In this document: piece after piece, positions 16,098 to 30,894 of the stretch
Layout: every line of letters begins with the position of its first letter
Numbering within the stretch: the first letter of the stretch is position 1
DNA from: the human T2T-CHM13v2.0 reference genome, Homo sapiens
NCBI RefSeq assembly: GCF_009914755.1
Contig: NC_060947.1
Length of the DNA: 64,000 nt
Strand: one strand, 5' to 3'
The notes under the pieces: generated by a model
Databases searched by the model: none
What the model was told of the DNA's origin: nothing
The model's input: the letters and a program-made list of their open reading frames with translations, nothing else
Program-made: the position numbers and the translations under genes

Positions 16098-17468
16098 AGT
16101 GAGAAGCATACTGGCGACGTAAGGCAATTTTGACTAGAAAGTGGAACTTAACTATGAACTATCTGTTTCAGAGAGGATAGAAGCACCAGAACTACTAGCT
16201 AATTGTCAGCAGGCAATTATCTGAGGATGCAGGAGAGGAAGGGGGCTTCTTTTTGACGCCTACTTCATCAGCTGCTCCTCAGATCAGAGCCTTGCAGGTC
16301 AGGCCAGAGGGGAGACTCAGGAAGTGTTTTTGGTGTTTGTTCCAAATGGGGGCTCATTGTGGGCCCTGTGTCACTGGAATTACAATATCTGTTCAATCTA
16401 ATTCCCTGGGGCTTTAAGTCTTACAAATTGGCGCTGGCCTCAGCAATGAAAAAAATAGGTGAAGTCTTGGAGTCTTTTCGACCCAGGCTAGTGTGGGATT
16501 GTTTCCTCATTTGCATCCACTTACAGAAAGTTCCAGTGATTTCCTTTGGTGACTCTACAGCCAAATGAATGGTCCTGCTAGCGTGTTTTATTGCAGTTTG
16601 TCCTTTTGCTTCTTTAATATTCCAGACAGACACATCTCCCCCCTGGGCCCTCCACACACTTTCCTCTCCATTCCAGTAATACTTAGCTTGAGGAGGTGGT
16701 TCCTGTACACACAATTCCCCACCTTTCACTCATGGGCCTCCCTCTGACTAGAATGGATACAGATGTAATAAGGGAGTCCCAACCCTCTGGCTTAGGTGAC
16801 AAAGCTATTTCAATAAAAGTATACTTTTTTTTTCTGACTGCTCGTGTGTTATAACATCATGTGAAAATGGCTAGATAGATGTTGTCTGCATTTGGAGGTA
16901 GCTTTATAATGGTCAGACTCAGAAGATATGTTACATGGAATATACAAAATTGATTTGGGGGAGTCCTGGGAAGGACCCCCAAAAGCTAAGTCTTCCAGGG
17001 CAGCTGCAATTGAGGTTCGGAGAGAGACTCACCATACCTACAAGATGGCATGGATACAAAACACACAGTCGTTTCAAATATAAGCCCAATTCAAAACAGT
17101 ATGTACATTCCTCAAATGCCAGGGGTCAATTTGCAAACTGCTACGTACAGGGGCGATTCTACAGTAGCGTACTACTCAGGCAAACAGGAGACAGGCATGT
17201 TTCTAAGAATGGGTTATGAATCTCCTGAGCAAACAGAGGAGGCTGGCTAAAGCGAGTAGGAAATATATCAAATCAGTATCCGCCAGAGGCAGATGGCAAG
17301 TTGACAGCCAGAACTGGGCCCCTCCAATCCTGAATCAATAGTTCCTGCTCCCCAGGGTTGACTGAGCCCCTTGCTCGGGGGAAGGGGAGAAAGAAAATCC
17401 CATTACCAACCAATGCCAAGTCCTCATATTTGGCTCATTTAGGGTCAGCTACAGGTGGTCCGCAGCCA

Positions 17469-17643
17469 TAGAGCTGCCAGATAAAATACACGGCCCCTGG
17501 CTAAATTTAAATTTCTGATAAACAGTGGACAATTTTGAGTATAAGTATGTCCGAATATTGCATGGAATATACTTATACTAAGAATGTACTTGGGATTCAA
17601 ATTTAACTGAGCATCCTGTATTTTTGATAAATAGGCAACCCTA
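17469..17643. mobile_element. MER53 palindromic hAT MITE
   Basis: TIRs TAGAGCTGCCAGATAAAATACA / TGTATTTT..GGCAACCCTA; inner stem AGTATAAGTATGTCC...GGAATATACTTATACT. Confidence 0.8.
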
Positions 17644-17951
17644 CTCAGGCAAGCCATCAGGATGAGTTTGGCAGCAGGAAGGTGGCCATAGTCAGGCCTC
17701 TGGTTGCCCTGTTTTCAGGGAGCTGGTCAGGTTATTATCAGGCATTGGGCTGGGAACCCCATCACCAGAACTGTGATAGAGGGTAGGGTTTAGTCTGAGG
17801 GTCAAAGCAAGATCTTATACACTAGAACAAGTTTATAAAGTCCCAGCAGGGACTAGTATATAAACCCTCAAGAGCAAACTCAGCAGGAGTCACTGGATGA
17901 CAGACCTAGACATCCTTAAATTGCCAAGGGCTAGGGGCAGGGCTGAGTTAA

Positions 17952-18142
17952 CAGCAGGATTTCTCTAGAAGGGATTCCTGGGCTGCTTGCATTAGAATCA
18001 CCTGAGACACTTGGGAAACATGCAGATTCCAGGGCCCCGTACAGACCTGCCAAGTCACACTCTCTAGGGGAAGGCCTAGAAAGCTGCAATTTCTTAATAC
18101 TCCTGGCTGCTCTGTCATGCACTAAATTTGAGACCCAGTGCT
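17952..18142. mobile_element. MER5A-like hAT-Charlie
   Basis: GCATTAGAATCACCTG...AAACATGCAGATTCCAGGGCCCC...AAATTTGAGACCCAGTG. Confidence 0.75.
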
Positions 18143-18185
18143 CTAGAGCCAGGAACCAGGTGTGGCCTGCAAATAAGCCATGAGG

Positions 18186-18440
18186 CACAGTGGTTAAAGC
18201 ACAGATTCTGGAGCCAGACTGCCCAAGTTAGACTTCTGGCTCTACCACTTATTACCTGTGTGACCTGGGGCAAGTGACTTAACCTCTCTGGGCCTCACTT
18301 TCTTCATCTGTAAAGCAGGCATAGTAATAGTGCCTATTTCATAGGCCTATTGTGAGGATTAAATGAGAATATATGAGCAAAGCACTCAGAACAGTCTGGC
18401 ATCTAGGAAGCACACATTCATATGTGTTAGCTATTATTAG
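18186..18440 (+). mobile_element. Near full-length MIR
   Basis: CAGTGGTTAAAGCAC...CTGTGTGACCTGGGGCAAGTGACTTAACCTCTCTG...TGTGAGGATTAAATGAG. Confidence 0.9.
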
Positions 18441-19634
18441 GAGCTGAGTGGACCTGCAGGGTTCGCAGAAAGAGGACTGGTTTGGGGCTTAATGGGTACC
18501 CATGGCCTATGTCCTGCAGTGGGGTGGCTGAAGCAGAACTCACAGAGCAAGTGGAGGAGGGCTTTTTGCATGAGAAGTCATGAGGATGATTAATAAAAGG
18601 GACAGTCGTTAAATGCACGGGTGATCATGCTTGGCTAGAATGAGAAGCTAAGAAAATGGATATTGTTCATTAAGCTCTAATTAGCAGATAAATTGTACAA
18701 GGGGAAGGGAGTCCAAGTGTTACTACAAGTAATTAATGTGCGTCTTCTCTCCCTGGTCACCCTTTGATTTGAACCACCTAACCTGTAGTCTTTATCAGAC
18801 ACTAAGATCCTGGAAATACTGGCTGCTAATTATTTTGGTGAGCCCCTGATTGCACTAAAGGAAATGCATGTGTCCTGCTCTCTCTAATGACTCAAGCACA
18901 AGGAGAAGATAAAGTGGTTCTAACCATGATGAATTAAGCCTGGGGGATTTGGAGAGGACAATCATTCTCTCTGTTCATTTCACAAATGTGAACGGTGTCT
19001 CCAAGTTGGTAAAGTAAATGTGACCAGACGCAGTCTGATTAGGAAAAAAATCAGTACCTGTCCCAAACTGCTCTTGAGTTGGCTAATGTTGTGACTTGGC
19101 TTGTTCTCGGTTCCAATGACTTCATTCCTGCCTAAATCCCTACTCAGTTCCTTTGAAGATTCAACCTTACCATTGGAGTCTTGGCCCCACTTTCGACCTG
19201 GAACCAGAGCTCCCTTAGCCTGGACTGGCCCCACGCTCCGTTGAAACCCAGTTTCTCCTGCCTGAGCTCTCCCAGCCACCTATGCACTTGGGATCTCACC
19301 TATTTCTAGGCCAACCATACTTCCTACTTTCATACTGAAACGATGTAAAGGAATTTGATTGTTCTTTCTTGTGGAAAAAGATACAAACTGTGTCAGTGAA
19401 GCATCTCGGGGGTTGTGGGGGGCAGTGAAAAGGCAAGTCACTCTGTATGTCCCTTTCCATCTGACACACTCACAGGGGCCTGGGATGCTAGTGTGTGCCC
19501 ATTGGTTGGCTTCTGCCAGGAATTGGAGCCTGGGTGTGCTAGGTGCAGAGTCTCCTGATATCGCAGAGAGCCCCTGTTCTCAATGGAAGTGCAACAGAGT
19601 AGAGTCTAGACAGAGTATTAGAAACTTTCAGGAT

Positions 19635-19865
19635 AATAATCATGATAATAGCCAGTGGTTTTTGAATGCTTTTTCTGTTCTGGGTAGTGTTCTCAGTGCT
19701 TATATGCATTATCTCATTTAACTTTCCTATCAACCCTATGATGAGGCACTGTGATTATCTGCATTTTATAGTGAGGTGGCTGAGACACAGAGACGCTAAG
19801 TAACTTGCCCAAGGTCACATATCTGACTAGTAGTAAAGCTGGGTTCTGGGCTTGTTTTTACTTTC
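19635..19865 (-). mobile_element. MIR
   Basis: AAGTAACTTGCCCAAGGTCACA core. Confidence 0.85.
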
Positions 19866-20307
19866 AAGAATTGAGTCAAATGTAGTCCCACTTCATTAAG
19901 CTGCTGGGATGGGAGGAGCAGGAGGGGCAGGGCCTGGATGGGTGAAGCAGCCAAGAGGCTCCTATGTAACTTCCTATGAAGAGGTAGTTGTCTCCAAACA
20001 TGTGGAAACAAATTGAGAATGTTCTGCTTGTATTCAAGCTGAAAGACATTTTCATTCTTATTGGGTTTGCATCAAATTCTCATTTTGCTAGTCTTATACA
20101 TTAGAGTATCAACCAATGGTCCCATGTAGCTTTAACAAATGATCTAATAAATTGAGAGAAGCATTGGCCAGAGAAAGTTGGAGTGCTTGGAACAGGCCTT
20201 GGCTGGCTGTCCAGCTCCACCTGGGGGAGACGGGAGGTGTGAGCTGGCACTAAGAGGCCCTCTGCCTGTCTAACTTGGACCAGGGTTGCTTGGGGCTAAA
20301 AGAGAGC

Positions 20308-20790
20308 CCAAAATGTTCATAGCAGCATTATTCACAATAGTCAAAAGTGGAAAGAACTCAAGCATCCACCAATGAATGAGTAAATGAAATGTGGTGTATC
20401 TATACAATGGAATATTATTCAGCCATAAAAAGGAATGAAGTGTTGACCTATGCTACTACATTGATGAACCTGAAAACATTATGCTAAGGGAAAAAAGCCA
20501 GATGCAAAGGCCACATATTGTGAGATTCTGTTTTGGTGAAATGTCCAGAATAGGCAAGTCCATAGAAAGTGAAAGCAGATTTATGGTTTCTAGGAGCTGG
20601 AAGGTGGCGGGGAGTCTGGAGTGACTACTAATTGGTATGAGGGTTCTTTTTGGGGTGTTGAAAATGTTCTGAAATTAGATAGTGATGATGATTGCACAAC
20701 TTTGTGTATATACAAAAAACTACTGAATTCTACACTTTAAAGGGTGAATATTATGGTATATGAGGTATATGAATTACATCTCAATAAAAA
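20308..20790 (+). mobile_element. L1MB-type 3' end
   Basis: ATGTTCATAGCAGCATTATTCACAATAG...TGTCCAGAATAGGCAAG...TCTCAATAAAAA. Confidence 0.85.
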
Positions 20791-20878
20791 CAGGCAAACA
20801 AACAAAAACCAGAACAACAGCAACAAAAAAGAGAACACAAAGTCCACACTATTAAGACCCAGAGCAAAACACCGTCTT

Positions 20879-21236
20879 GGCCGGACGCGGTGGCTCACAC
20901 CTGTAATCCCAGCACTTTGAGGGGCGGAGACGGGCGGATCACAAGATCAGGAGATCGAGACCATCCTGGCTAACATTGTGAAACCCCGCCTCTACTAAAA
21001 ATACAAAAAATTAGCTGGGCGTGTTGGCAGGTGCCTGTAGTCCCAGAGCTACTCGGGAGGCTGAGGCAGGAGAATGGCGTGAACCCAGGAGGCAGAGCTT
21101 GCAGTGAGCCGAGATCGCGCCACTGCACTCCAGCCTGGGCGACAGAGCAAGACTCCATCTCAAAAAAACAAAAACAAAAACAACAACAAAAAAACAAAAA
21201 CAAGCGAACAAACAAAACAAACAAACAAACAAAAAC
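20879..21236 (+). mobile_element. AluY-like with CAAA tail
   Basis: ACCATCCTGGCTAACA, AGAATGGCGTGAACCC and GAGCTTGCAG diagnostics; TSD-like AAAACACCGTCT / AAACCACTGTCT. Confidence 0.92.
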
Positions 21237-21925
21237 CACTGTCTGATGAAGCTGGGTTGTGGGAGAAAGACCTTGAGCTGAGAGGGAATCCAGCCTGGAT
21301 TTAAGCCTTGGCATGACCTTGGACAAGTTCTTTCACCTCTCTGGGGCCTCAGTTTTCTTATCTATTTAATGACATTGTGAGAAAACATTTTCCCAATGAA
21401 CTTTTGAAAACTATAATATGCTTATTTAAAACTGTACTCACTAGTTACAAGCAAGGCATTATTATAGTGCTGGAGGGTTAAACAGAGAGCTTAGAACGTT
21501 TGATAAAAGGTAACCTTCCATCATTGCCGATGTAAATCAGGGAACTGAAGATGCAGGCAGTACCCTCATGTGCTCAGAAGGATTACCCATTCCTGAGCAG
21601 AAACTGCTCACTTGCCCTCTCATTCCTCTGGGAATATTCCAGGTTTCCTCTATTTGGATTGGATATCTTAATAGCTTTAAAATCTCAAATAAAGGGTTTA
21701 TGTCCACTCCAGTTATTTAGGGCTTCCTAACAAGCCTTTTAGAAAGAGACTTAATTAAAAATCCAGTGGAATCTTAAACCATGCACATTACACTCTATCC
21801 AATAAAGGACTCCCCCTTAACTCTTCCAAAGCAATTGAACTTACTGCACGAGACTTGTTTTGCCTTTGCAAACAGGGACCGATTTTCTCCCTCATATGTA
21901 TCCTTATAACTGATTCAATATCTGA

Positions 21926-22165
<240 letters not shown>

Positions 22166-22649
22166 TAAAAATAAGAAAATTATTTTAACCAGATACATAA
22201 TTCTGTCCCCCTAGATCATTAAAATATTCACCTTTTCCACTTGTCTAGTATTGAAAAACCAAGTCCCACCAGGTCACAGTCAAGTAGTGTCCAAGCAGGG
22301 GTAGGGGCCAGGGAGTCAGCTCACCCTTGCTCTCCTGCCTGCTCCTCAATCCCAGGGATGTTCAGGCCACATCCGCGGGGAATTCCCGGGGGCTCTGGCC
22401 ACCTCATCTCAGAAGTGCAGTACACTGGAGTGTAGCAATGCCTGCAAGGTTTGCAAGCTCTCCTTACAGGTTTGTTTGGGGCAGGGGGAGTCTAGTGTCT
22501 TAAGTCACTAGAAGGTGTGTTTCGTTTTTTCCTTCAAATGTATTTTGTTTACTTATTTGAATTCAAAATCGCCCCTTCCCACAAGTGAAGGGATCCAAAC
22601 TCTCGGGGAACCAGCAAGAACAGCCTGATGTGCATCCTACAAAATACTC

Positions 22650-23950
22650 CACTGCGCGGACGGGCTTTTGACTGACAGCCTCTTTACAGGGCGCACAGCT
22701 GTGTGGGGAGGACAGCGGAGCCCCTTCACTGTCTGCACTTACGGAAAAAAATGCGAGCGCGCGCGGCCGGGAGTTCCAGCCAGCGAGGGGCAGTGAGATA
22801 ATGAATGTGAAAAGCCTCCAGGCGGGAGATTGTAATTCGCGCCGGATTCAGTTCACAGACGCGAAAGCCGCAGGATTGGGGTGGGGGCTTCATTTTCAAA
22901 CAAGGAGACACATTTCCAGTTTAGGCTTTATAGCTAGAGACAGTGTGTGCAATCTTGGTTTTCAACAGTGTCTGTTTTTTTCGTTAAAGGTATCTGAATG
23001 TTGAAGTTCGTCGCGTAACAGGCCCCTACTACCTACCCCGCCTTGTCCGTCCCCCCACCCACCCCGGGGCAAGAGGGCTGCTGTGTCCAGACGATGGCGC
23101 TCCCGGCCAGTGCAACCCCTCTCCCCTACTGTGGCAAGAAGACTAGTCTGGAACAAGTTTCAAGGTGTTTACTGAGATTTTGAAAGGCTTCTCGACAGGA
23201 GCCGTAACTTTTAGTAGCCGGCAGAAATCCATTCCCGTGACCAAGGTTATTGAGGGAACGAGTGTCCGAATCACGCCCCTTTAGTTTTGCCCGAATATTC
23301 GAATTTTCCGTGGTCCCCGCGGAGCGAGATCCTGGGCGCACCGCAGGGGAACTGTGACGCACGGGGACAGAGATCCGCGGTGTGGAGGGCGAGGGGGGAG
23401 GCCTGAGAGGGATGGGGTCGAAACGAGAACCCCAGAAGGGCATGGGAAAGGAGAAAGACCGAGAGGAATCCTGACTGAGGCAGGGATCGCCGGTCAGCCA
23501 GAGGCTTCTTGGTTTAGCCGCGTGACACCTCCGCACCTTTCCCGCGGCTGCGGCGCAGCTCCTTCAGCCTTCCTGACTGCCCCGTGCCGCTCAGTAGAGA
23601 ATGCCGAGCATCCCGAGAGGGAGAGGCGTCAGAGCCTCTCGTCCTGAGTTTCCTTGAGAAGCGGGGACCCAAGAGAAGAGCTTTATTGCCTGTTTTACTT
23701 TTTCCCAAAGCGTCCCTTGGCTTCCGCCGCCTGGCTGCCGGCAGCTGGAAAGGAGACGAGCTCCCGCTCCCGTTCGCCCCCAAACTGAGGACCGAGTGGC
23801 CACCAATGCCTTCCCTAGGTCCCAGGGTGCAGACCCGCTCCCCACTTCCAGAGTCGGGCGCAGGGTACATCTCTTTATGGAGAGTGCAAGACCTGGACCG
23901 GACTGAGCGGCTACTCGCAGCTGCCGCTAAGGGAGCCAAGAGGCTCCTGG
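22650..23950. promoter_or_regulatory. CpG island upstream of GPR50
   Basis: High GC and dense CpG (GCGAGCGCGCGCGGCCGG at 22753, many CGCG/CCGG). E2F-like TTTCGCG on the - strand near 22860. Confidence 0.8.
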
Positions 23951-24440
23951 CGAGAAAGGGAGCGGGGTTAAGTTCCCTAGGGATTAGGGACCCAGATTGG
24001 GGGTGGGAGCTCCCAGCAGTAGTCCCCTGTTCCCCGCGGGACACAGAAGGCTCTAGACAGGCAAGGGCATGGGGCGTGGGATGGACCTCACAAGGATACT
24101 TGCAGAGGCAAGCATCTAGCGTTCAAGGGGCCACCGGCTATCCCCTATACCCTGCTGGGGGCTGTGGACTGGCTTGGTCTAGCACTGGATCCTATGAAAG
24201 ACTCTGTGCTCCGGCTCTGCAATCTACATCTCTTTGCCAGGTGTTTGCACTGGAGGAGAGAGGGAGAAGAACTTGCTAGAAACGAATGCACAGGGGCTGG
24301 TGGAGGGGGTGTGGGGTGGACTCCGAGCTAGTCATGATGCTTGCAAGGTACCTGGGAGATTGAGAGGCAGGGCAGGCTGGCTAGAGAGGAAGTACATACA
24401 AGGCAGTCGGAAGCAAGATGACACCTCAATGTGGATTTGT

Positions 24441-24572
24441 CCAATAAGAGGGGGTAGCCAAGGGGGGGGTATTCAGGGAGGTCTGATTGGTCGGGGGGAG
24501 GGATTTGGGGTGGGGCTAGCCGCCTCTTGAGGCTTTAAAAGCTCATCGGAGAGGGGCGGGATGCTGTCATTT
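24441..24572 (+). promoter_or_regulatory. GPR50 core promoter
   Basis: CCAAT at 24441-24445, inverted CCAAT (ATTGG) at 24486-24490, TATA-like TTTAAAA at 24534-24540, GC box GGGGCGGG at ~24553-24560, Inr-like TCATTT at 24567-24572. There is no upstream ATG between 24563 and 24700. Confidence 0.65.
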
Positions 24573-24664
24573 GCTCTCTGACTCTCAGAGAGGGAGGCAC
24601 GCTTTCCTGGAGCTCCTGGTGACAGAACAGGTGTTTGCTGTCTGGACCTGGCTGCTGATCCTGA

Positions 24665-27749
<3,085 letters not shown>

Positions 27750-29416
27750 GCAACATCTTCGTGGTCAGTCTCTCTGTGGCCGATATGCTGGTGGCCATCT
27801 ACCCATACCCTTTGATGCTGCATGCCATGTCCATTGGGGGCTGGGATCTGAGCCAGTTACAGTGCCAGATGGTCGGGTTCATCACAGGGCTGAGTGTGGT
27901 CGGCTCCATCTTCAACATCGTGGCAATCGCTATCAACCGTTACTGCTACATCTGCCACAGCCTCCAGTACGAACGGATCTTCAGTGTGCGCAATACCTGC
28001 ATCTACCTGGTCATCACCTGGATCATGACCGTCCTGGCTGTCCTGCCCAACATGTACATTGGCACCATCGAGTACGATCCTCGCACCTACACCTGCATCT
28101 TCAACTATCTGAACAACCCTGTCTTCACTGTTACCATCGTCTGCATCCACTTCGTCCTCCCTCTCCTCATCGTGGGTTTCTGCTACGTGAGGATCTGGAC
28201 CAAAGTGCTGGCGGCCCGTGACCCTGCAGGGCAGAATCCTGACAACCAACTTGCTGAGGTTCGCAATTTTCTAACCATGTTTGTGATCTTCCTCCTCTTT
28301 GCAGTGTGCTGGTGCCCTATCAACGTGCTCACTGTCTTGGTGGCTGTCAGTCCGAAGGAGATGGCAGGCAAGATCCCCAACTGGCTTTATCTTGCAGCCT
28401 ACTTCATAGCCTACTTCAACAGCTGCCTCAACGCTGTGATCTACGGGCTCCTCAATGAGAATTTCCGAAGAGAATACTGGACCATCTTCCATGCTATGCG
28501 GCACCCTATCATATTCTTCTCTGGCCTCATCAGTGATATTCGTGAGATGCAGGAGGCCCGTACCCTGGCCCGCGCCCGTGCCCATGCTCGCGACCAAGCT
28601 CGTGAACAAGACCGTGCCCATGCCTGTCCTGCTGTGGAGGAAACCCCGATGAATGTCCGGAATGTTCCATTACCTGGTGATGCTGCAGCTGGCCACCCCG
28701 ACCGTGCCTCTGGCCACCCTAAGCCCCATTCCAGATCCTCCTCTGCCTATCGCAAATCTGCCTCTACCCACCACAAGTCTGTCTTTAGCCACTCCAAGGC
28801 TGCCTCTGGTCACCTCAAGCCTGTCTCTGGCCACTCCAAGCCTGCCTCTGGTCACCCCAAGTCTGCCACTGTCTACCCTAAGCCTGCCTCTGTCCATTTC
28901 AAGGCTGACTCTGTCCATTTCAAGGGTGACTCTGTCCATTTCAAGCCTGACTCTGTTCATTTCAAGCCTGCTTCCAGCAACCCCAAGCCCATCACTGGCC
29001 ACCATGTCTCTGCTGGCAGCCACTCCAAGTCTGCCTTCAGTGCTGCCACCAGCCACCCTAAACCCACCACTGGCCACATCAAGCCAGCTACCAGCCATGC
29101 TGAGCCCACCACTGCTGACTATCCCAAGCCTGCCACTACCAGCCACCCTAAGCCCACTGCTGCTGACAACCCTGAGCTCTCTGCCTCCCATTGCCCCGAG
29201 ATCCCTGCCATTGCCCACCCTGTGTCTGACGACAGTGACCTCCCTGAGTCGGCCTCTAGCCCTGCCGCTGGGCCCACCAAGCCTGCTGCCAGCCAGCTGG
29301 AGTCTGACACCATCGCTGACCTTCCTGACCCTACTGTAGTCACTACCAGTACCAATGATTACCATGATGTCGTGGTTGTTGATGTTGAAGATGATCCTGA
29401 TGAAATGGCTGTGTGA
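27750..29416 (+). CDS. GPR50: GPR50 coding exon 2 (aa 63-617; TM2-TM7 and long C-terminal tail)
   Basis: Polypyrimidine tract and TTTTTCAG|G acceptor at 27749/27750. 187+1667=1854 nt = 617 aa + TGA. Melatonin-receptor family motifs [17 protein letters not shown] and NAVIY are present; the protein ends DPDEMAV. Confidence 0.98.
28754..29173 (+). repeat. Coding 21-nt (heptad) tandem repeat in the GPR50 C-tail
   Basis: 14 in-register heptads at 28754-29047 ([98 protein letters not shown]), followed by 7-8 aa variants. Confidence 0.92.
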
Positions 29417-29583
29417 AAAATGCTCTCGTAGGTGGCCAGGCAGTGGTCCCCTTTCTAGTTTGTTTTGCATATGTAATCCAAAGTGAGATGCCTTACTGCA
29501 TCTAGACACAGACACTGACACATAGAGATGGTGTAAGCTACATCCACCTTTCAGGCGTACTCATCCTTTACTTAATGTACTGT

Positions 29584-29589
29584 ATTAAA
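29584..29589 (+). terminator. Candidate proximal polyA signal ATTAAA
   Basis: Preceded by TGTA motifs and followed by GT-rich sequence, 168 nt after the stop codon. Confidence 0.45.
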
Positions 29590-30243
29590 GTGTGTGCGTG
29601 GGTGTGTGTGTGCTTGCTATTTTAGAGACCTTAATTTCCCTCAAGTTTGACATCTGTTGTTCCAAACCTCCCTTTCCACCTATGGTCGACCTTCAGTCCT
29701 CAGTGATCCTTGAAATTTTAGACTTTGATTTTTTTCCCACTCCTCTGTCCCTCCTCCCCTTTCCTCATTTCCTCTGCCTTGTTCCTGCTTTCTTCTCCCA
29801 TTCCCCGAGGGGGTTGGGAGAGGGGTATGTGCGCAATGCTAAAGGTGTGTTGTGGTGAACGCTTCCGTTAATGTGACTGCACAGCTTTATGTTCTTCAAT
29901 GTGTAACTCTATATTGTACTTTTAATAGCAGTCAGAAAAGCAGTTGTGATCAAGTACAAGTACTGGAAAGTTTCTTTCCTAAATTTCAGCAACAACATAT
30001 GACCCATATTTGAAGAATACAATTTGATAAGCTCTTATTAAAAATACATTTTTTATGCCTATGAGATCAAATGGCAAAAGGAAAGATATGGGCACACCAA
30101 ATTATTTCTATTTTTTGAAAATTTGAACATTGGTGCTTTTTATAGTCAAACATGGTTGCAAATGATAAGACGTTTTTACCTTATTTGTAATTATTTACCT
30201 TTTTTAGCATTTGCCGGGATTTTTTTTCATTTAGTTCCAGAGA

Positions 30244-30249
30244 AATAAA
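30244..30249 (+). terminator. Candidate distal polyA signal AATAAA (others: ATTAAA 30037, AATAAA 30686)
   Basis: Canonical hexamer in U-rich, repeat-free 3' sequence. Confidence 0.45.
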
Positions 30250-30894
30250 TCCATTCATAAACTAGTTTCTTCTCCTAAAATCCAATCTTATGGTTGCTAG
30301 GATCAATTATGGTAATATTTTTAATATTATAAGTCATAACTACTCTTTACTGAAGATTTTGTTTTTTAAACAGCCTGGTGTTTTTACAGTTTTTGCATTA
30401 TTGCTTTCATTCAAAAGGGAATTTGAAGTAATAAATGGCAGCAAGAAGCGAATTGAATACTGCTGGGAGGTTGTAAATGAGCATTCCTCCCGGATGGGGA
30501 GGGGGGCAAGGAGAAGAAAGAGATGCCTACACCAATCAATCCTACCACACATCCGACATCAGCCAATCCCACCACACTTGGCTAAGGTTCAGTGATACAC
30601 GATGTTAAGTCGTAGATGTCTTTTATTAGCACACTTGACAGACCAGGAAATGATTTTTCTCTACAATTCAAGAAAACTGCTGTTTAATAAAAATTTCAAT
30701 TGCTGATTCAAATAGACACTTTAAGCAAAGTTTACTGTATGAAAGCTTGTGAGGATAAGTGGAAATGTATTATACTGCCTTAATTCTATTCTGTATTTGT
30801 GGTAGCAATTAAATAGAAGTGTTTTTGTGGCTTTAGTTTGTGGTTTGTGGATAATTTCATTTCTCCACTGGAGTTACTTATGGGGAGGGTGTAC

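Noticed and set aside
22700-22800. Possible REST half-site (GGACAGCG) and CTCF-like CCAGCGAGGGGCAG
   Set aside because: Partial or mismatched cores in GC-rich DNA; cannot be supported without a matrix scan or ChIP data.
23584-24279. 231-aa + strand ORF in the upstream CpG island
   Set aside because: GTG start, GC-driven, no family motif.
28880-28963. CRISPR-like appearance of short direct repeats (also 31960-32022 and 48596-48646)
   Set aside because: Head-to-tail tandem units with no spacers, in eukaryotic context, with no cas genes.
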